Source: Salpingoeca rosetta
Taxonomy: Eukaryota; Protista; Choanoflagellata
NCBI GenBank assembly: GCA_033442325.1
Contig: JAWQFM010000009.1
Span: 1 to 8,969 of the forward strand
DNA: 8,969 nucleotides
Reading direction: 5' to 3'
Position numbers and translations under genes: made by a program. This document shows, piece by piece, positions 6,980 through 8,969 of the stretch; within the stretch, counting starts at the first letter, position 1; the number at the start of each line of letters is the position of its first letter. The notes beneath the pieces were generated by a model. That model was not told where the DNA came from. It worked only from the letters and a program-made list of their open reading frames with translations, and made no database searches.

Positions 6980-8094
6980 ATGGACGCCATGCAGACAGAA
7001 GCTCTCCCGATTCAGCAGCCACATCAACACCCGTCGCATCAGCAACAGCAGCAGCGTGAGCAACAAGACGTAAGTGATTGACTCTCATTGTCCATGGCAC
7101 ATTGCTCTCTGCTGCTAGATCTGTCTTTGTTGCTAGATCTGTCTTTGTTGCTAGATCTGTCTTTGTTGCTAGATCTGTCTTTGCTGCTAGATCTGTCTTT
7201 GCTGCTAGATCTGCCTTTGCTGCTAGATCTGTCTTGGTGCTAGATCTGTCTTTGTGCTAGATCTGTCTTGTGCTAGATCTGTCTTGTGCTAGATCTGTCT
7301 TNNNNNNNNNNNNNNNNNNNNNNNNNNNNNNNNNNNNNNNNNNNNNNNNNNNNNNNNNNNNNNNNNNNNNNNNNNNNNNNNNNNNNNNNNNNNNNNNNNN
7401 NTATTAGCGCTGCATACCGTACTGCTCAACACACACACGCATACTCACACACAAGGTAATTGTGCCCGAGACACCGCCGGAACTGCAGCCACAGACGGTT
7501 GACCAGCTGGATATGCAGCAGGAAGATGTGCTGCTCAACCACGATGATGTACGTGACGCCCTAGAATACAAACACTGTGTGCGTGAGCCATGCTCATAGG
7601 TTGTTGTTTGCTTCGGTGCTAGTCAGCCATACCACATGACGCTCCGCCCATGTACGACTGCTCATCTCAGCTTGCATGGAATGGCTGATGCCCAGATCAC
7701 GGATCTTTGCAAGTCATACATTGGTCCGCCCCTGCACCGACTCTCCCCCATCCTCGGCGAGGACGACGACGATGACGACGACAAAGATGTGAATGACGAA
7801 GACGACGATGTAAACGAGCAAGAGGAGGACAACGGCGGGGACGAAGGCAGCAGCATGGGCGCAGCAGTGGCTCCGAATACACCTAGCAACGCTGATACAC
7901 AGCAGAGGCGCGCCCCTCCACTGTACATGCTCGCAACATCATCAGTCACTGGACATTGGCTTGTGTTTGGTTCGTCGTGTCAGCCTTGCTCGCTGTGCGG
8001 AACTCGAACGAGGTTCTGCTGTGCATGCGCAACACACTTGCCTGTTTGTCTTCTGCACATTGTGGACCATGCCGACAGAGCCCGCTCCAAGTAA
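6980..8094 (+). CDS. Gene B copy 2: exons 6980-7069, [gap], 7456-7548, terminal exon 7600 (or 7696)-8094; acidic tract plus C-terminal Cys/His zinc-binding domain resembling the piggyBac transposase CRD
   Basis: Exons match copy 1. The terminal exon encodes a D/E tract (7759-7845) and HWLVFGSSCQPCSLCGTRTRFCCACATHLPVCLLHIVDH (7954-8070), ending at TAA 8092-8094. Confidence 0.65.
7114..7301 (+). repeat. 18-bp minisatellite, copy 2 of the intron 1 array, truncated by a gap
   Basis: Same unit. The last units are 1-2 nt short, probably read-end errors. Confidence 0.95.
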
Positions 8095-8319
8095 ACGAGT
8101 CGAAACCGCACATAGCATCAAGCAGAAACAGCCATTGTGTCGACAAAAGAATCGTATATTTGCGCACACTGCTAAGCGTTTACGCTCACCTATAGGCGCT
8201 GCTACATCCTCCCACAGCGTTGGGACCCGTGCTGGCGCTGGCCTGCCTCCCACATCAAGCATAGGCGCAGTCTGCTGCTTTGGCCGCAGCAAGCCCCATA
8301 GCCATTTCAAGCCCGGCCA

Positions 8320-8339
8320 AAAAACTGAATTCAGTTTTT
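8320..8339. other. Perfect 20-bp palindrome AAAAACTGAATTCAGTTTTT
   Basis: The sequence is its own reverse complement and lies between the gene B stop and the gene C start. Confidence 0.9.
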
Positions 8340-8351
8340 CACAACCACGCA

Positions 8352-8378
8352 CAACAACAACAACAACAACAACAACAA
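8352..8378 (+). repeat. (CAA)9 microsatellite, probably in the 5' UTR or upstream of gene C
   Basis: Nine perfect CAA units about 70 nt upstream of ATG 8447. Confidence 0.9.
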
Positions 8379-8446
8379 CAGACGCGCAGCAAGCAACAAC
8401 AGACGCACACACGCACCAGCAGCAGCACGGTCATCCCACTGCAACC

Positions 8447-8645
8447 ATGGAGCCAACGCGCCCTGTGACACGAGCTCAACGACGACGGTACGTGTGTGTG
8501 TGTGTGTGTCTGTGTCTGTGCATGTGCATGTGCATGTGTGTTTGGTTCTGCTCACGACGTTCTTTGTCTTGCGTTTTGGTCGTTGCTGACAGTGAGACTG
8601 ACGGAAGTCCATCCTCCTCCAGCGCGTCGTCACAGTATGCAGCTG

Positions 8646-8685
<40 letters not shown>

Positions 8686-8868
8686 TGTGTGTCTGTGTGT
8701 CTGTGTGTCTGTGTGCGTGTCTGTGTGTGCGTGTTTGTGTGTGTGTCTGCTCGTTGGTCTTCATGCGTGTTTGCTCTCCTCTGTACGATGTGTTGTCTGC
8801 AGGGAGAGCGATACTGTGGTTGGAACATCCGTTGGAACCTCCTCGGCCATGACTGCCAACACCCTGAG
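8447..8868 (+). CDS. Gene C copy 2, 5' exons 8447-8487, 8593-8634, 8803-8868 (continues beyond the window); Ser/Thr-rich protein of unknown function
   Basis: gcaaccATGg at 8447. Donors GTACGT (8488), GTATGC (8635), GTGCGA (8869); acceptors GACAG (8592), TGCAG (8802). All junctions are phase 2, giving [49 protein letters not shown](R). Confidence 0.6.
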
Positions 8869-8969
8869 GTGCGATTGTGTGTGTGTGTGTGTGTGTCTGT
8901 GTGTGTGTGTCTGTGTGTGTGTGTGTGTGTCTGTGTGTGTGTGTCTGTGTGTCTGTGTCTGTGTCTGTG
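8492..8969 (+). repeat. (GT)n/(GTCT) compound microsatellites in gene C introns (copy 2)
   Basis: Directly visible at about 8492-8520, 8650-8748 and 8877-8969. Confidence 0.95.

Larger units (their letters stand above)
1..8969. repeat. Large head-to-tail tandem duplication, nominal unit ~5.6 kb (true length uncertain because of gaps)
   Basis: 1-1139 = 5622-6760; 1141-~1515 = 6861-~7235; 2551-2870 = 7402-7719 apart from a 2-bp (AC)n difference; 3762-~4100 is similar to 8621-8969. Confidence 0.92.
4641..8969. mobile_element. Candidate selfish/mobile unit: His-Cys box nuclease + CRD-like zinc-finger gene + exon-repeat gene + 18-bp minisatellites; ends not identified
   Basis: Inferred from tandem amplification and from two domains typical of selfish elements. 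No terminal inverted repeats, target-site duplication or transposase core were seen. Confidence 0.4.

Noticed and set aside
1-8969. Canonical piggyBac transposon
   Set aside because: No TTAA-CCC...GGG-TTAA termini and no DDD catalytic domain in the sequenced portion.

Overview
Eukaryotic draft-assembly window with five N gaps. The CA/GT-microsatellite-rich GT-AG introns and Q-rich exons suggest a protist such as a choanoflagellate, but this is inferred from sequence style only. The window holds about 1.6 head-to-tail copies of a unit of nominally ~5.6 kb (1-1139 = 5622-6760, offset 5621). Each unit appears to carry three genes. Gene A is an intronless minus-strand gene (5438-6226; partial copy 1-605) whose C-terminus closely matches the His-Cys box of I-PpoI-type homing endonucleases, with no rRNA or group I intron context. 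Gene B is a divergent, spliced plus-strand gene (all phase-0 exons, one GC donor) for an acidic/Q-rich protein ending in a Cys/His domain like the C-terminal cysteine-rich domain of piggyBac transposases; no DDE core is visible. Gene C is a plus-strand gene built from duplicated symmetric 66-nt Ser/Thr-rich exons separated by (GT)n introns, and it runs into a gap. Related 18-bp AGATC/TCTAG minisatellites occur in gene B introns, between genes A and B, and in inverted orientation downstream of gene A. Overall this is a candidate tandemly amplified selfish element carrying a free-standing His-Cys box nuclease. Most ORFs in the supplied track are shadows of these genes, repeat translations or N-gap artefacts.
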